Shown: positions 49,080-59,347 of the stretch, piece by piece
Layout of the letters: every line of letters begins with the position of its first letter
Numbering within the stretch: position 1 is the stretch's first letter
Assembly (NCBI GenBank): GCA_964521625.1
Contig: CAZFSM010000018.1
Span: 10,479-74,478 of the forward strand
Length of the DNA: 64,000 nt
DNA from: an uncultured Veillonellaceae bacterium
GTDB taxonomy: Bacteria; Bacillota; Negativicutes; UBA1444
Direction: 5' to 3'
Notes under the pieces: generated by a model
What the model saw: only the letters and a program-made list of their open reading frames with translations
Told to the model about the DNA's origin: nothing
Database searches by the model: none
Position numbers and translations under genes: made by a program

Positions 49080-52000
49080 TTAATTGCATTGGGCATGACG
49101 GTCACCGGCTACGGCCAGCATCAGTTTGATCCGGTTCAGTTGATTGACTTCGCTGGCGCCCGGGTCATAGTCGATCGGCACGATGTTAGCATTGGGGTAG
49201 TTGCGCCGTAGTTCACCAAGGATGCCTTTGCCTGTGATGTGGTTGGGAAGACAGGCGAATGGTTGCATACAAATGATATTGGTTACACCGGAGTCGATCA
49301 GTTCGATCATTTCAGCAGTTAGCAGCCAGCCTTCACCGGCGACATTGCCGAGTGACACATGTCGGGCAGCCAACTTGGCCAATTGCTCAATCGCCAGCGG
49401 CGTTGAAAAACGATGACTGGCGGCCAACGCCTGACGGACCGGGCGGCGATAATACTCCGCGAGTTTGATAAACATTGAGCCTTTCCATTTGCCAAGCAGA
49501 GTTCCGGCCAAAAAATCGTATTCCACCTTACCGTCGTAAGCGCAGTAGAGTAAGAAATCCATCAGGTCAGGAACGACGACTTCCGCGCCTTCGGTTTCCA
49601 ATAGTTCAACTAGATTGTTGTTGGCGACCGGATGATATTTTACCAGAATTTCACCAACCAAGCCGACACGGGGCTTGGCGGGACCGGTCAGTTCCAGCGC
49701 GTCAAACTCGCGAACCATTGCCCGCACATTTTCGCTGAAGTGATCACTGCCGCCACGGGCCAGATCATGGGTGCATTTGACTGACCAAATATCATGCAGG
49801 GCCTGGGCGGAACCGGGGGTTTTTTCATAGGGACGTACCCGATACAATAATCTCATCAGCAAGTCACCATACAATGTGCCGATAATCAGATTGCGCAGCA
49901 GAGACCAGCTGCCAGTCAGTTGCGAAGGTTGCTGCTGACCAAATATCAGTATCGGAACTTGAGGAAATCCGGCATCCTGTAAAGCTTTTCGGGCCAGTGC
50001 CGCATAATTGCTGGCGCGGCAACATCCGCCCGTTTGCGACAGCAACACTGAGGTACGGTCCGGTGGATATTGTCCAGACTGCAATGCCCGCAAGAGCTGC
50101 CCAATAGCCAAGATGGCGGGATAGCATGCATCGTTGTTTACATATTTCAGGCCTTCATTAATTGCTGATTTATCAGGCAACGGTGCAACGACCAACTGGA
50201 ACCCGACTTGGGCAAAAGCGGCTGACAAAAATTGAAAATGTACCGGTGACAATTGCGGAGCCAGTAGTATACGTTTTGGCTCTGCAGAAGGAATGACCGC
50301 GCGTGAAGTAGTATTGTGAATATTCCGTTCCAGCACTATTGACTGCGGTCGCCGCTCATTTTGCGTGGCCAAGAGTGAGCGGATCCTGATTTTTGCGGTG
50401 CCAAGATTGTTGATCTCATCCAATTTGATTGTGGTGTATATTTTTTGTTGTGTTTCGAGAATTTCCCTGACCTGGTCCATGGTTACTGCATCCAGGCCAC
50501 AGCCGAAGGAGTTGATCTGGATGAATTCAAGATTGGGTTGGCTGAGGCAATAATAGGCGGCGGCATAGAGCCGCGAATGATAGACCCACTGGTCGACAAC
50601 GCGTAGCGGTTGCTCTATCTTGCCAAGATGGCAGATGGAGTCCTCCGATAAAATGACCAATCCCAGCGATTGCACCAGTTCGGGCAACCCATGATGGATT
50701 TCCGGGTCAATATGATAGGGGCGTCCAGCCAGGATGACGCCCTTGGCATTTGTCTTCTGCATATAGTAGAGGGCCGCCTGTCCGGCATGACGTATATCTT
50801 CTTTGTAACGATTGAGTTCCTTATACGCGACATCGACGGCGGTGCTCAGCTCATGGAGGGTGATTTTTTCGGCGACGAGTTCCTGACGCAGTCGTTTGAT
50901 AAGCGGCGTCCGTTGTGGCAATGGCAGGAACGGATGATAAAATATGACCGCCGGATCACGCAGCCCAGCCAGATTAGCCCTGACCGTTTCCGGATACGAA
51001 GTGACGATAGGACAGTTATAGCAGTTGACGGCTTGCGGTTGCTCCTGCGTATTGTAGGGAACACAAGGGTAAAATATCTTATGAACACCGCGATTCAATA
51101 AATCCTGGATATGCCCGTGAGCCAGTTTGGCTGGATAACAGAGTGAGTCGGAAGCGATCGAGTCCATTCCCTGTTCAAATAAACTGCGGGAAGACGGTGC
51201 AGACAGGATAACCCGATAGCCGAGCTGGCTGAAGAAGGTGAACCAGAACGGATAATCTTCATACATGTTGAGGACCCGCGGCAGACCAATCGTTCCCCGC
51301 CAGGCTGCAGCTTCCGGAAGTGGTTCATAGTGGAACAAACGTTTATATTTATAGGCATAAAGGTTTGGCAATTCTTCGGTAGTCTTGCTTTTGCCGATGC
51401 CGCGTTCGCAGCGGTTGCCGACATGATATTTTTTTCCATTGGAAAACAGCTGACTGGTGATTAGACAATGGTTACCGCACCATTTGCAGCGGTGACTGCT
51501 GCTTCGGGAACTGAATTTGTCCAGCGCTTCCTGCGAGAGCAAGCTGGTCTTTGTACCTGCGCCGTTTGTAAATTGTTCTCTGGCAATCAATGCGGCGCCA
51601 AACGCGCCCATCAATCCGGCAATGTCGGGCCGGATCACTTCGCGTCCCAAAATCTGTTCAGTTGCCCGCAGCACCGAGTCATTATAGAAAGTGCCACCCT
51701 GCACCACAATTGTTTCACCGAGTTCAGATGCATTTTTCAGCCGGATCACCTTGAACAAAGCGTTCTTTACAATGGAAAACGAAATTCCGGCCGAGATATC
51801 GCTGACCGAGGCGCCTTCCTTCTGCGCCTGCTTGACTTTTGAGTTCATAAACACCGTGCAGCGTGTCCCCAAATCGACCGGTTGTTTTGCCTCTAGACCC
51901 AATCGGGCGAATTCGTCGATTGACATGTCGATGGCATGAGCGAAGGTTTCGATGAATGATCCGCAGCCAGAGGAACACGCCTCGTTGAGCACGATGGAGT

Positions 52001-53306
52001 CAATAACACCGTTATGCACGCAGAAACTCTTCATATCCTGACCGCCGATATCCAGCACCGCTGTCACAGACGGAGCAAATTGACGGGCTGCCCTGAGGTG
52101 TGCGATGGTTTCGACTTCGCCGATATCAACTCCCAGAGCGGCTTTGATATAGTGTTCACCATAGCCGGTGACCGCCGAGCTGGCAATTTTCACTTTAGGC
52201 GGCAGTTGCCTATAAAGTTGTTTCAATGAGGTAATGGCAGCTTCGAGTGGTTTTCCCTGGTTGCTGCCGTAGCTGGAATATAGCAGACGCCCATGTTCAT
52301 CAATCAGCACCAGTTTCATGGTTGTCGAACCAGCATCGATGCCAAGGAACGCCTCACCACAGTAATTGTTCAAATCGGTGCGAGGAACCCGACTGGCCTG
52401 ATGCCGCCGGATAAACTCCTGATAATCTTCAGGGTGCTGGAACAACGGGGGCAGTGAACCCTCACGGATAAGCGAGGTAACTGTTCGGGGCACGGTTTTT
52501 TTGCGTAACAGTTCGTATGGAACGGGATCGGGATGCGGCGCCATCGCAGCGCCAAGCGCAACAAAATAGGCAGCCGAATCCGGCGCCAGCACCTGATCGG
52601 GCGTCAGCCCCAACGTTTCGACGAAGCGGCGGCGCAATTCGGACAGAAAATGCAACGGACCACCCAGCATGGCTACTTTCCCGCTGATCGTCCGTCCCTG
52701 AGCCAAGCTGCCGATCGTCTGATTAACGACTGCCTGCAGGATGGAGGCGGCAATGTCTGCTTTGGCGGCGCCGTCATTCATCAACGCCTGAACATCGGTT
52801 TTGGCAAAAACGCCACAGCGGGAAGCAATGGGATGGATGGTTCTGAATTTCTTGGCCAGTTCATTTAATCCCAGCGGATCGGTGCTCAACAAATCCGCCA
52901 TGTGATCGATGAATGCGCCGGTGCCGCCTGCACAGATGCCATTCATTCGTTGTTCGACCGTGCCGTTGAAGTAGGTGATTTTGGCATCTTCGCCGCCAAG
53001 CTCGATTGCGGTATCGGCGTAGGGGATGATGTTTTTTATTGCGGTAGAGGCCGCGATCACTTCCTGGACAAAAGGCAACCCCAATGACTGGGAAATACCG
53101 ATTCCAGCCGAACCGGTAACCATGACGGACATCAGTTTCTGTTTCAAGACCCGCTGCGCTTTACCGACCATGCTTTGCAGCGCCGCAGTGATATCGGAAA
53201 AATGACGTGCGTATTGCTGGAATACAATTTTGCTGTGTTCGTCAAGAACAACAATTTTGATTGTGGTCGAACCAATGTCGATTCCGACTCGAAGACTGCC
53301 AGGCAT
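49080..53306 (-). CDS. 2-hydroxyacyl-CoA dehydratase activase-related multidomain protein
   Basis: Two ASKHA ATPase domains (GIDIGSTT, CAGGTG; GIDAGSTT, CSSGCG), CYPAK, CYPA, QPFACLPNH. Confidence 0.92.
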   Translation of the reverse strand: MPGSLRVGIDIGSTTIKIVVLDEHSKIVFQQYARHFSDITAALQSMVGKAQRVLKQKLMSVMVTGSAGIGISQSLGLPFVQEVIAASTAIKNIIPYADTAIELGGEDAKITYFNGTVEQRMNGICAGGTGAFIDHMADLLSTDPLGLNELAKKFRTIHPIASRCGVFAKTDVQALMNDGAAKADIAASILQAVVNQTIGSLAQGRTISGKVAMLGGPLHFLSELRRRFVETLGLTPDQVLAPDSAAYFVALGAAMAPHPDPVPYELLRKKTVPRTVTSLIREGSLPPLFQHPEDYQEFIRRHQASRVPRTDLNNYCGEAFLGIDAGSTTMKLVLIDEHGRLLYSSYGSNQGKPLEAAITSLKQLYRQLPPKVKIASSAVTGYGEHYIKAALGVDIGEVETIAHLRAARQFAPSVTAVLDIGGQDMKSFCVHNGVIDSIVLNEACSSGCGSFIETFAHAIDMSIDEFARLGLEAKQPVDLGTRCTVFMNSKVKQAQKEGASVSDISAGISFSIVKNALFKVIRLKNASELGETIVVQGGTFYNDSVLRATEQILGREVIRPDIAGLMGAFGAALIAREQFTNGAGTKTSLLSQEALDKFSSRSSSHRCKWCGNHCLITSQLFSNGKKYHVGNRCERGIGKSKTTEELPNLYAYKYKRLFHYEPLPEAAAWRGTIGLPRVLNMYEDYPFWFTFFSQLGYRVILSAPSSRSLFEQGMDSIASDSLCYPAKLAHGHIQDLLNRGVHKIFYPCVPYNTQEQPQAVNCYNCPIVTSYPETVRANLAGLRDPAVIFYHPFLPLPQRTPLIKRLRQELVAEKITLHELSTAVDVAYKELNRYKEDIRHAGQAALYYMQKTNAKGVILAGRPYHIDPEIHHGLPELVQSLGLVILSEDSICHLGKIEQPLRVVDQWVYHSRLYAAAYYCLSQPNLEFIQINSFGCGLDAVTMDQVREILETQQKIYTTIKLDEINNLGTAKIRIRSLLATQNERRPQSIVLERNIHNTTSRAVIPSAEPKRILLAPQLSPVHFQFLSAAFAQVGFQLVVAPLPDKSAINEGLKYVNNDACYPAILAIGQLLRALQSGQYPPDRTSVLLSQTGGCCRASNYAALARKALQDAGFPQVPILIFGQQQPSQLTGSWSLLRNLIIGTLYGDLLMRLLYRVRPYEKTPGSAQALHDIWSVKCTHDLARGGSDHFSENVRAMVREFDALELTGPAKPRVGLVGEILVKYHPVANNNLVELLETEGAEVVVPDLMDFLLYCAYDGKVEYDFLAGTLLGKWKGSMFIKLAEYYRRPVRQALAASHRFSTPLAIEQLAKLAARHVSLGNVAGEGWLLTAEMIELIDSGVTNIICMQPFACLPNHITGKGILGELRRNYPNANIVPIDYDPGASEVNQLNRIKLMLAVAGDRHAQCN

Positions 53307-53510
53307 GAGTTCACGTTCACTCCTGTCATGAATTTTAGACTCACATAAAGACAAGGGAAATTTATACTATACTACCAGTATTGCTTCGCCCTTCGCTAAT
53401 TTTGTAAATATTAAAATAATTAAGAAAGTAGAAGATGCAACGAGGGGGAGAACTGTTAAGCGGCGTGCACACGAGTTCCTAATCAGGCATGGCAATGCTC
53501 TGATCCGACG

Positions 53511-53580
53511 AAAAAGAAAAAGCACCAATAGTTTACATAGGGAGGTGTAAACTGTCGGCGCTTTAAAAGTTTTTTGTTTT
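53511..53580. terminator. Terminator-like hairpin between divergent genes
   Basis: AAAGCACCAATAGTTTACA-tagggagg-TGTAAACTGTCGGCGCTTT flanked by A and T tracts. Confidence 0.6.
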
Positions 53581-53583
53581 TGT

Positions 53584-53650
53584 CCTGTTACCATGAAAAA
53601 CAACCCTGTTACCCAATATTCGTGTATTTCTCCGTCGAGTTCGCTATAAT
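53584..53650 (+). promoter_or_regulatory. LytTR-type direct repeats plus -10 box
   Basis: CCTGTTACC-12 nt-CCTGTTACC (53584-53613); TATAAT at 53645; poor -35. Confidence 0.75.
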
Positions 53651-53693
53651 CAAACCATAAGAAACCGAATTACAGTTGAAGGGTGTTTTAGCA

Positions 53694-54242
53694 ATGCAAA
53701 TCAACCTGCGCTGTTCTGACTCGCTGCAGAAAGTCATCACTGCGGTTCTTGAAGCGAATGGGATGCAACATAGTCCGGCGGCATCGCTAAGCTTGCTGGA
53801 AAAAGGGTTCGCACTGCCACCACAAGGAATCGCCATCGTGTTTGATCCCCAGGCGCTGGGGGAACTGACCGATTTCTTAGAAACGCTGGGCCGCAAGCCG
53901 GATGCAGGCAAAACAATGATTGTCGGGCGGCAGATGGACTCAGAAGCCTATGAAATTATTTCCCTGGAGGAAATCAGCCTGTTTGAAGCCGAGGGCAACT
54001 ACATTTACTGCCTGACAGGCGGACGCAAGTTGCGGGTAAAAAACAAAATATACGAACTGGAAGTCAGTTTGCTGGAACAGGGGTTTATTCGAATCGGCAA
54101 GTCTCTGATCGTCAACATCATGCAGGTAGCCGAAATCACGCCCTGGTTTGGTTCGCGTCTGCTGCTGAAACTGAAAAGCGGCCAGGAAATCGAAGTAGCG
54201 CGAAACTATGTCAAAGGGTTCAAGGAATTTTTGGAGCTGTAA
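53694..54242 (+). CDS. LytTR-domain transcriptional regulator without a canonical receiver
   Basis: FEAEGNY, YELE, GFIRIGKSLIVN, VARNYV. Confidence 0.9.
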   Translation: MQINLRCSDSLQKVITAVLEANGMQHSPAASLSLLEKGFALPPQGIAIVFDPQALGELTDFLETLGRKPDAGKTMIVGRQMDSEAYEIISLEEISLFEAEGNYIYCLTGGRKLRVKNKIYELEVSLLEQGFIRIGKSLIVNIMQVAEITPWFGSRLLLKLKSGQEIEVARNYVKGFKEFLEL

Positions 54243-54271
54243 ACAACGCCGCGGGGCTGGAAGAGAGAGGG

Positions 54272-54703
54272 ATGAATGTGCTGCAAACTATGATGGTACT
54301 AATCGTGAATACGCTAATATATGCCTGTATTGGCATGCTCGTCGGAGTTGCCATTGCCTATTGCAAGGGGCTGGATGCTCAACTGTTTTCTTTGCTATGG
54401 CGCGGCGCACTAACGGGGGTCGTCATTGGTACGATCACAAAACTGTCCGTTGTTTTTTTGCACCGCAATAGAAACCTTGGTCTCTGGGGCTTGTATGGCC
54501 TGATGCTGGTGATCGCCGGCGGACTGACGTTGGTCGTGTCCTACTCACTCGATTTTGCAACCCAACTGACAGTTTTGTCGATTGTAGAACCGCTGGCATT
54601 GCTCACCATGTATTTGAATATCCGGTATTCTCGCCAGCTTAACGAAGGTCTGAAACGCAAACAGTCGGCGCTGGCGCAAAAATCAGCCGCCAGGATGTCA
54701 TGA
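54272..54703 (+). CDS. Small 4-TM membrane protein (candidate LytTR inhibitor)
   Basis: Four hydrophobic segments; C-terminal YSRQLNEGLKRKQ. Confidence 0.7.
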   Translation: MNVLQTMMVLIVNTLIYACIGMLVGVAIAYCKGLDAQLFSLLWRGALTGVVIGTITKLSVVFLHRNRNLGLWGLYGLMLVIAGGLTLVVSYSLDFATQLTVLSIVEPLALLTMYLNIRYSRQLNEGLKRKQSALAQKSAARMS

Positions 54704-55341
54704 TGTTGCAAGGCTTTTTGCTCGGCCTGTCCACCGGCGTAACCTGTTTGGCCTATTGCTCGCCAGTACTTGTTCCCTACCTGCTCGGCGAGGGGAAATC
54801 GATCCGGCAAACCAGCGGGACCTTGAGCCAGTTTCTGCTGGGCCGTCTGCTGGGGTATCTACTGTTTGCCGTGTTTGCCTGGCTGGCCAGCTACTATCTG
54901 AGCACACTGACTGATCGCCGCGAACTGCTGACCGGGGTCGTTTATATCCTGCTTGCATTGCTTATGCTCTGGTATGGGATGTTGCAGCCCGCCGCTCCCT
55001 GCGCCGGCAGGTCATTGCGCGACCGCGCCATGCAGCTGAAACAAAGCCAGCCGGCACTTTTGCCCCTATTGATGGGCCTGTTTACCGGCCTGAATCTCTG
55101 CCCGCCATTTCTGCTGGCCTTCGCCGCCGCAGGTGAAAATCCGACATTGGGGTATAGCCTGTTATTTTTTTTGTCTTTTTTTGGCGGAACAGCCTTGTTT
55201 TTTCTGCCTGTACCGCTGCTTGGTGGCTGTAAAAATGTTCCGCAGCTAAAAACTATCGGCCGGCTCGCCGCTGCCGTGATGTCCGTTTATTATTTCTACA
55301 CCGGAATGCTGCTGCTATTGGGAGGGATTTTCACACCATGA
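54700..55341 (+). CDS. DsbD_2/TauE-like membrane protein with two TM cysteine motifs
   Basis: TCLAYCSP, GRLLGY, GLNLCPP. Confidence 0.75.
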   Translation: MMLQGFLLGLSTGVTCLAYCSPVLVPYLLGEGKSIRQTSGTLSQFLLGRLLGYLLFAVFAWLASYYLSTLTDRRELLTGVVYILLALLMLWYGMLQPAAPCAGRSLRDRAMQLKQSQPALLPLLMGLFTGLNLCPPFLLAFAAAGENPTLGYSLLFFLSFFGGTALFFLPVPLLGGCKNVPQLKTIGRLAAAVMSVYYFYTGMLLLLGGIFTP

Positions 55342-56492
55342 CTGGATTCACTGGGAACATCGGTTGGCGAAAAGCGGGACTGCTTAGTCTGCCGATGCTA
55401 TTCATTACAGCAATGTTGTTCCTGTACGGCAAACCGCTCGCCAATCCGGGCAAACTCCTGCCTGCCGCCATCACATACCTTTTCGTCAACGTCACTTTTT
55501 TCTGCATGATTTACACCGGGCAGACCGATAAGTACCGTTCCCGGTTTTTTATCCTGGTTTCCCTGTTGTTCGTCGTCTCATTCATCGCCAATCTGATCGA
55601 AGTCCGGGGAACGATGGAACTGTCGACCGCCAATATGCTGGACGGCGAAACGCCGCTTTGCCCGTTGGTCATTCCGATGCTGATCATACCGGCTGCCCTG
55701 ACCAATACGATTATTTTTCCCGGATCATTTTTTGCCGCGCATGCCGGGATTGCGCCAATGCTTGTTCTTTGGCTGGGTTTTTCTGTCGCGGTGGGACGGG
55801 GCTGGTGTAGCTGGATCTGCTTTTTTGGCGGTATGGATGAAGGCTTTTCTCGCCTCTGTCGTAAGCCGAGAATCAGTGCTATCGATAAAAAATGGACGGC
55901 GCTGCCCTGGGCCGTCTTGCTGGGGATCGTATTGACTTCGGCAATTACATTGTCGCCAACCTACTGTTCCTGGCTGTGTCCTTTCAAAACAGTCACCGAG
56001 TTTCCCGCGATCGAGTCGGTAAAAACGGCGCTGCAGGCGTTAATTTTTAGCTCTTTGTTCATCGTCCTGGTCGTCGTTCTGCCGTTCCTGACCGGACGGC
56101 GGACTCAGTGCGGACTGTTCTGTCCCTTCGGCGCTTTTCAGTCGATCTTTAACAAAGTGAATATCTTTGCAGTGCGGATTGACCGGGCCGCGTGCGTGGA
56201 TTGCAAACTGTGCCTGAAACAATGTCCAACGTTCAGCATCGATGAGCATAGCCTGCAAGCAGGAAAAACGCTGCTTTCCTGCAGCAAATGCGGCAAATGC
56301 ATCGATCGCTGTCCCCGGCAAGCCATCTCGTTTCACATCAAGGGAACGCCGCTTCATGTAAACCGGCTTACGGCGCGAATCCTGTTTCTCTATCCCGCTT
56401 TTACCTTTGCCGCGGTGATCGGCGGCGGTTGCATTTATGGCGGATTAGAAAGGATTTTCCGGCTACTGCTCACTGGCAGTATGATCAATTAA
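55338..56492 (+). CDS. NapH/MauN-type membrane polyferredoxin
   Basis: GRGWCSWIC, CSWLCP, CGLFCPFG, CVDCKLCLKQCP, CSKCGKCIDRCP; several TMs. Confidence 0.88.
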   Translation: MTGFTGNIGWRKAGLLSLPMLFITAMLFLYGKPLANPGKLLPAAITYLFVNVTFFCMIYTGQTDKYRSRFFILVSLLFVVSFIANLIEVRGTMELSTANMLDGETPLCPLVIPMLIIPAALTNTIIFPGSFFAAHAGIAPMLVLWLGFSVAVGRGWCSWICFFGGMDEGFSRLCRKPRISAIDKKWTALPWAVLLGIVLTSAITLSPTYCSWLCPFKTVTEFPAIESVKTALQALIFSSLFIVLVVVLPFLTGRRTQCGLFCPFGAFQSIFNKVNIFAVRIDRAACVDCKLCLKQCPTFSIDEHSLQAGKTLLSCSKCGKCIDRCPRQAISFHIKGTPLHVNRLTARILFLYPAFTFAAVIGGGCIYGGLERIFRLLLTGSMIN

Positions 56493-56510
56493 GAACAGGA
56501 GGAACTTCAC

Positions 56511-56963
56511 ATGCGCCTGCAGACTTTTTTGGGCTATACCGCCGCCGTGCTGATGCTGATTGTTGCCGTGGGCACGTTCCTTGGCATGAATTCTTTTTCC
56601 CACAAGCTGGTCAGTTCAACCGGCCTGCAAATTTCTCCCTGGTTCAGCGGCGGTAAAATCGTCAGAACGATTGACCACGGGGCTTATAAAACGTTGCAGC
56701 ACCGAGCCGTCTTTGATGCGCTCATCGGCCAAAGAGCCGAAGGCTTCGTGCAGATTGACTTTTCACCGCCAGCTGCTTTGCCGGATAAAATCAACGAAAA
56801 AATCGATTTTGACCTAGACGGCAAAATCGATTTCTATCTGGAATATGATGTTGCTAACAATACCGCTGTGATTACGGCCTATAATCCTCGGGTGACTGAG
56901 CTGGCAGGCTGCTACGTGCTGAAAGAGCGGCGCGCTGTGAGGGTTCACCTGCGGAATGAATAA
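56511..56963 (+). CDS. Hypothetical membrane-anchored protein
   Basis: AGGAGG SD; N-terminal TM; DFDLDGKIDF Dx[DN]xDG-like loop. Confidence 0.7.
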   Translation: MRLQTFLGYTAAVLMLIVAVGTFLGMNSFSHKLVSSTGLQISPWFSGGKIVRTIDHGAYKTLQHRAVFDALIGQRAEGFVQIDFSPPAALPDKINEKIDFDLDGKIDFYLEYDVANNTAVITAYNPRVTELAGCYVLKERRAVRVHLRNE

Positions 56964-56970
56964 ATATAGT

Positions 56971-57016
56971 TGGTGACCCGCCGGGGACTCGAACCCCGAA
57001 CCTATTGATTAAGAGT
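56971..57016 (-). mobile_element. 3' fragment of tRNA-Lys(CTT), a probable attachment site
   Basis: Minus strand ACTCTTAATCAATAGGTTCGGGGTTCGAGTCCCCGGCGGGTCACCA (anticodon loop, T arm, CCA); 5' half with D arm absent. Confidence 0.88.
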
Positions 57017-57234
57017 AGTTCATTGGCGCATTACCATGTAACACTATCCAGTAATACCGGGCTGTTTCACGCATGGAGTACTACAGAAAAATATAGCAAA
57101 TTTTGCAAGAAGACTACCAAATGACTACCACAACAAGTTATGAATATATTAATATAATTATCCTACTCTTATATATAGACCAAAATGCGCACAAGCTTCA
57201 TTAGATAGTTTCAAGCAGACCTGCTTTCCCGTCA

Positions 57235-57277
57235 CATACAAAAGACTTCAGTCGTTTTGACTGAAGTCTTTTGTATG
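57235..57277. terminator. Intrinsic terminator
   Basis: CATACAAAAGACTTCAGTC-gtttt-GACTGAAGTCTTTTGTATG perfect inverted repeat. Confidence 0.85.
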
Positions 57278-57291
57278 GATGCGACAACCGA

Positions 57292-58137
57292 CTATTGTGG
57301 TTTGCTCCGCTTGAGTTCAGCGAACACCTTGTCCATTTCCTCGGCAAAAACAAATTGAGGTCTGCGGAATATGGCTTCAAACGCTACCGCCGGTTGAAGC
57401 CCGTTATTTAGCAGACGGTAATATTGAAGAACCGGTTCAAACTTTTCTTCCTTTGTAAGATAATAAAGCATGATGAGGGACATCTGATAGACGGGGAACC
57501 CCTGGCGAGAAAGAGCGATAAATGCTGTATATTCAGTGTTCATCAGTTGCCGGACGCTCGGAAGGCTGTTTGCAGTGTAAATTGCCTGGGCTTCTGCGTC
57601 AATTAAAGTATCAACAGTATTGAAACCTGCACGATCTTGCGCAAGAATCCGGAAGAGTTCCGGTGCAGCTTCTGTCATCCATGGCGCCGAGCGGGTGCGC
57701 CCAAATTGAGATTGAATCTGATGAAACAATTCGTGAGGAAGCACTCTGAAGACTTCTCGTGGGTTTGAGTGCAGGGCCGTGCTGCCCTTAAGAAGAATGA
57801 TGGCTCTGTTGTTCAGGCTGACTCCGGCAGAGGTTTCTGCAGTCAATCTCGCTGATTCCACTGAGTATCCATAAAAAACTAGGGCTTTTAGGTATGACTC
57901 TTTGTCAGCCGTGACTACAACTGTCACTTTGTCCTTCAGCGGCAGTTTATAACCGGTCAGCATGTCTGCGATTACATTCAAAGCGACTTCAACGTTTTGT
58001 TTGGTCTGTGCCGATACTTCAGGATCATAATGGATAGAAACCCAAGATCGGTCTGCCGACCACGCCGTTGAGCAAACGGATGCAAATAACAATAGCAGTA
58101 TGAGTGACCCCTTTAGAATGAAATGGCGATAAACCAC
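57292..58137 (-). CDS. Exported HExxH metallopeptidase-like protein
   Basis: Signal peptide; PHELFHQIQ and PWMTEAAPE. Confidence 0.72.
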   Translation of the reverse strand: MVYRHFILKGSLILLLLFASVCSTAWSADRSWVSIHYDPEVSAQTKQNVEVALNVIADMLTGYKLPLKDKVTVVVTADKESYLKALVFYGYSVESARLTAETSAGVSLNNRAIILLKGSTALHSNPREVFRVLPHELFHQIQSQFGRTRSAPWMTEAAPELFRILAQDRAGFNTVDTLIDAEAQAIYTANSLPSVRQLMNTEYTAFIALSRQGFPVYQMSLIMLYYLTKEEKFEPVLQYYRLLNNGLQPAVAFEAIFRRPQFVFAEEMDKVFAELKRSKPQ

Positions 58138-58162
58138 GGTTCATTCCCCCTACTTGCGGAAA

Positions 58163-59269
58163 TTATAAGTCGTTTTTTGTCGATGTCGAGTTGGCCTGTA
58201 CTTTATCCACCATCTTCCGTTGCGCGTAATCGACCCTTAAATCGAAAGGCTTTCCGGGGAAATTAAACTTAGATTTGTTTATAACCATTTGAATGTCGTT
58301 TCCATCATTGAAAATCCAACTGACATGCACATCAAGGTATTTGCCGTCCTCCCGGTTTGGTTTTCCGTAACGTTCGGTCAACTGATTTTTGATTGTGTCG
58401 AATTTGCTCAAAATCTCTTGCTCAGAGCAATTGAAAATCAGCCTTCCTAAAACCAGTTTATCTTCATAGAACCAAACGATGATTTGCGCCGGTTCATTAT
58501 TGACCTTTCCTGCGACCCAGTAATACCGTCCATTCATAGGCGCAGGAAAATTAGCGCCTGTCCCGCAAACTTTTGAAAAAAGAACAGTTGAACAGTTGGT
58601 TCCCTGTCGATTGTTCAGGGTCTCTTCCACCTTAGCCCGGCTTGTTCCCCATGGCATCTCCAAAAAACCGGTAAGGCTCCGGTTACTGCCAGGGTCATCA
58701 GCACGCAGATCATTGACCCATTCCCCCTGATAACCGACTTTGCCGGTTTTGTCTTTCAACGTGCCGTATCCGTGCCGTTTGTTATTCAGAAAATCCCCTT
58801 CATAACTGGATCCATCGGGATATCGATATATTCCTTTGCCTTCGAAATCACCATTCTTGAAGTCGCCCTCGTAAACCGCGCCGTCACTATAACGCATTGT
58901 GCCCGACTTGCGCTCGCCGTCAGCATATTCTCCTGCAAAAGAAGCTCCATCGCTCCAACGCAATGAAGCCTTCCCATGCGCCAGCCCATGTTTCATCGCA
59001 ATTATGCCTGAGGCTTCGAACTTTGTTTTGTCTGAATATACAACGGTGAACTTAATCGTACCCTCACCTTCGGCAAAGCCGCCCACGCAAGGCCCCTCCC
59101 AGGCGGCTTCAAATTTTTCATAAGCAAAATAAAGTGGCCAGCTGAATTTACACGCGTCTTTTTTATTCGTGACCACGACCTGCTCGGCAGTCGTGGTCGA
59201 AGAACAGAGAAACAGGAACGAACATGCGATTCCGATTGCCAAAGAACAAATTTTCTTTCGCGCCATCAT
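58163..59269 (-). CDS. Exported MORN-repeat protein
   Basis: Repeated YEGDFKNGDFEGKGIYRYPDG-type units; signal peptide. Confidence 0.85.
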   Translation of the reverse strand: MMARKKICSLAIGIACSFLFLCSSTTTAEQVVVTNKKDACKFSWPLYFAYEKFEAAWEGPCVGGFAEGEGTIKFTVVYSDKTKFEASGIIAMKHGLAHGKASLRWSDGASFAGEYADGERKSGTMRYSDGAVYEGDFKNGDFEGKGIYRYPDGSSYEGDFLNNKRHGYGTLKDKTGKVGYQGEWVNDLRADDPGSNRSLTGFLEMPWGTSRAKVEETLNNRQGTNCSTVLFSKVCGTGANFPAPMNGRYYWVAGKVNNEPAQIIVWFYEDKLVLGRLIFNCSEQEILSKFDTIKNQLTERYGKPNREDGKYLDVHVSWIFNDGNDIQMVINKSKFNFPGKPFDLRVDYAQRKMVDKVQANSTSTKNDL

Positions 59270-59347
59270 TTTCCCGTCCTTTCGCTTTGTTCGGCAATAT
59301 TTCAAGCCTCCCATGCCATTCGGTTGGACAAAAGCCAGCTGTGATGT

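Noticed and set aside
53428-53481. 15-codon ORF MQRGGELLSGVHTSS in the intergenic region
   Set aside because: No SD upstream and no distinctive composition; an RNA-structure explanation fits better
56971-57046. Intact tRNA-Lys gene
   Set aside because: The 5' acceptor strand, D arm and 5' anticodon-stem strand are missing; only the 3' 46 nt are tRNA-like
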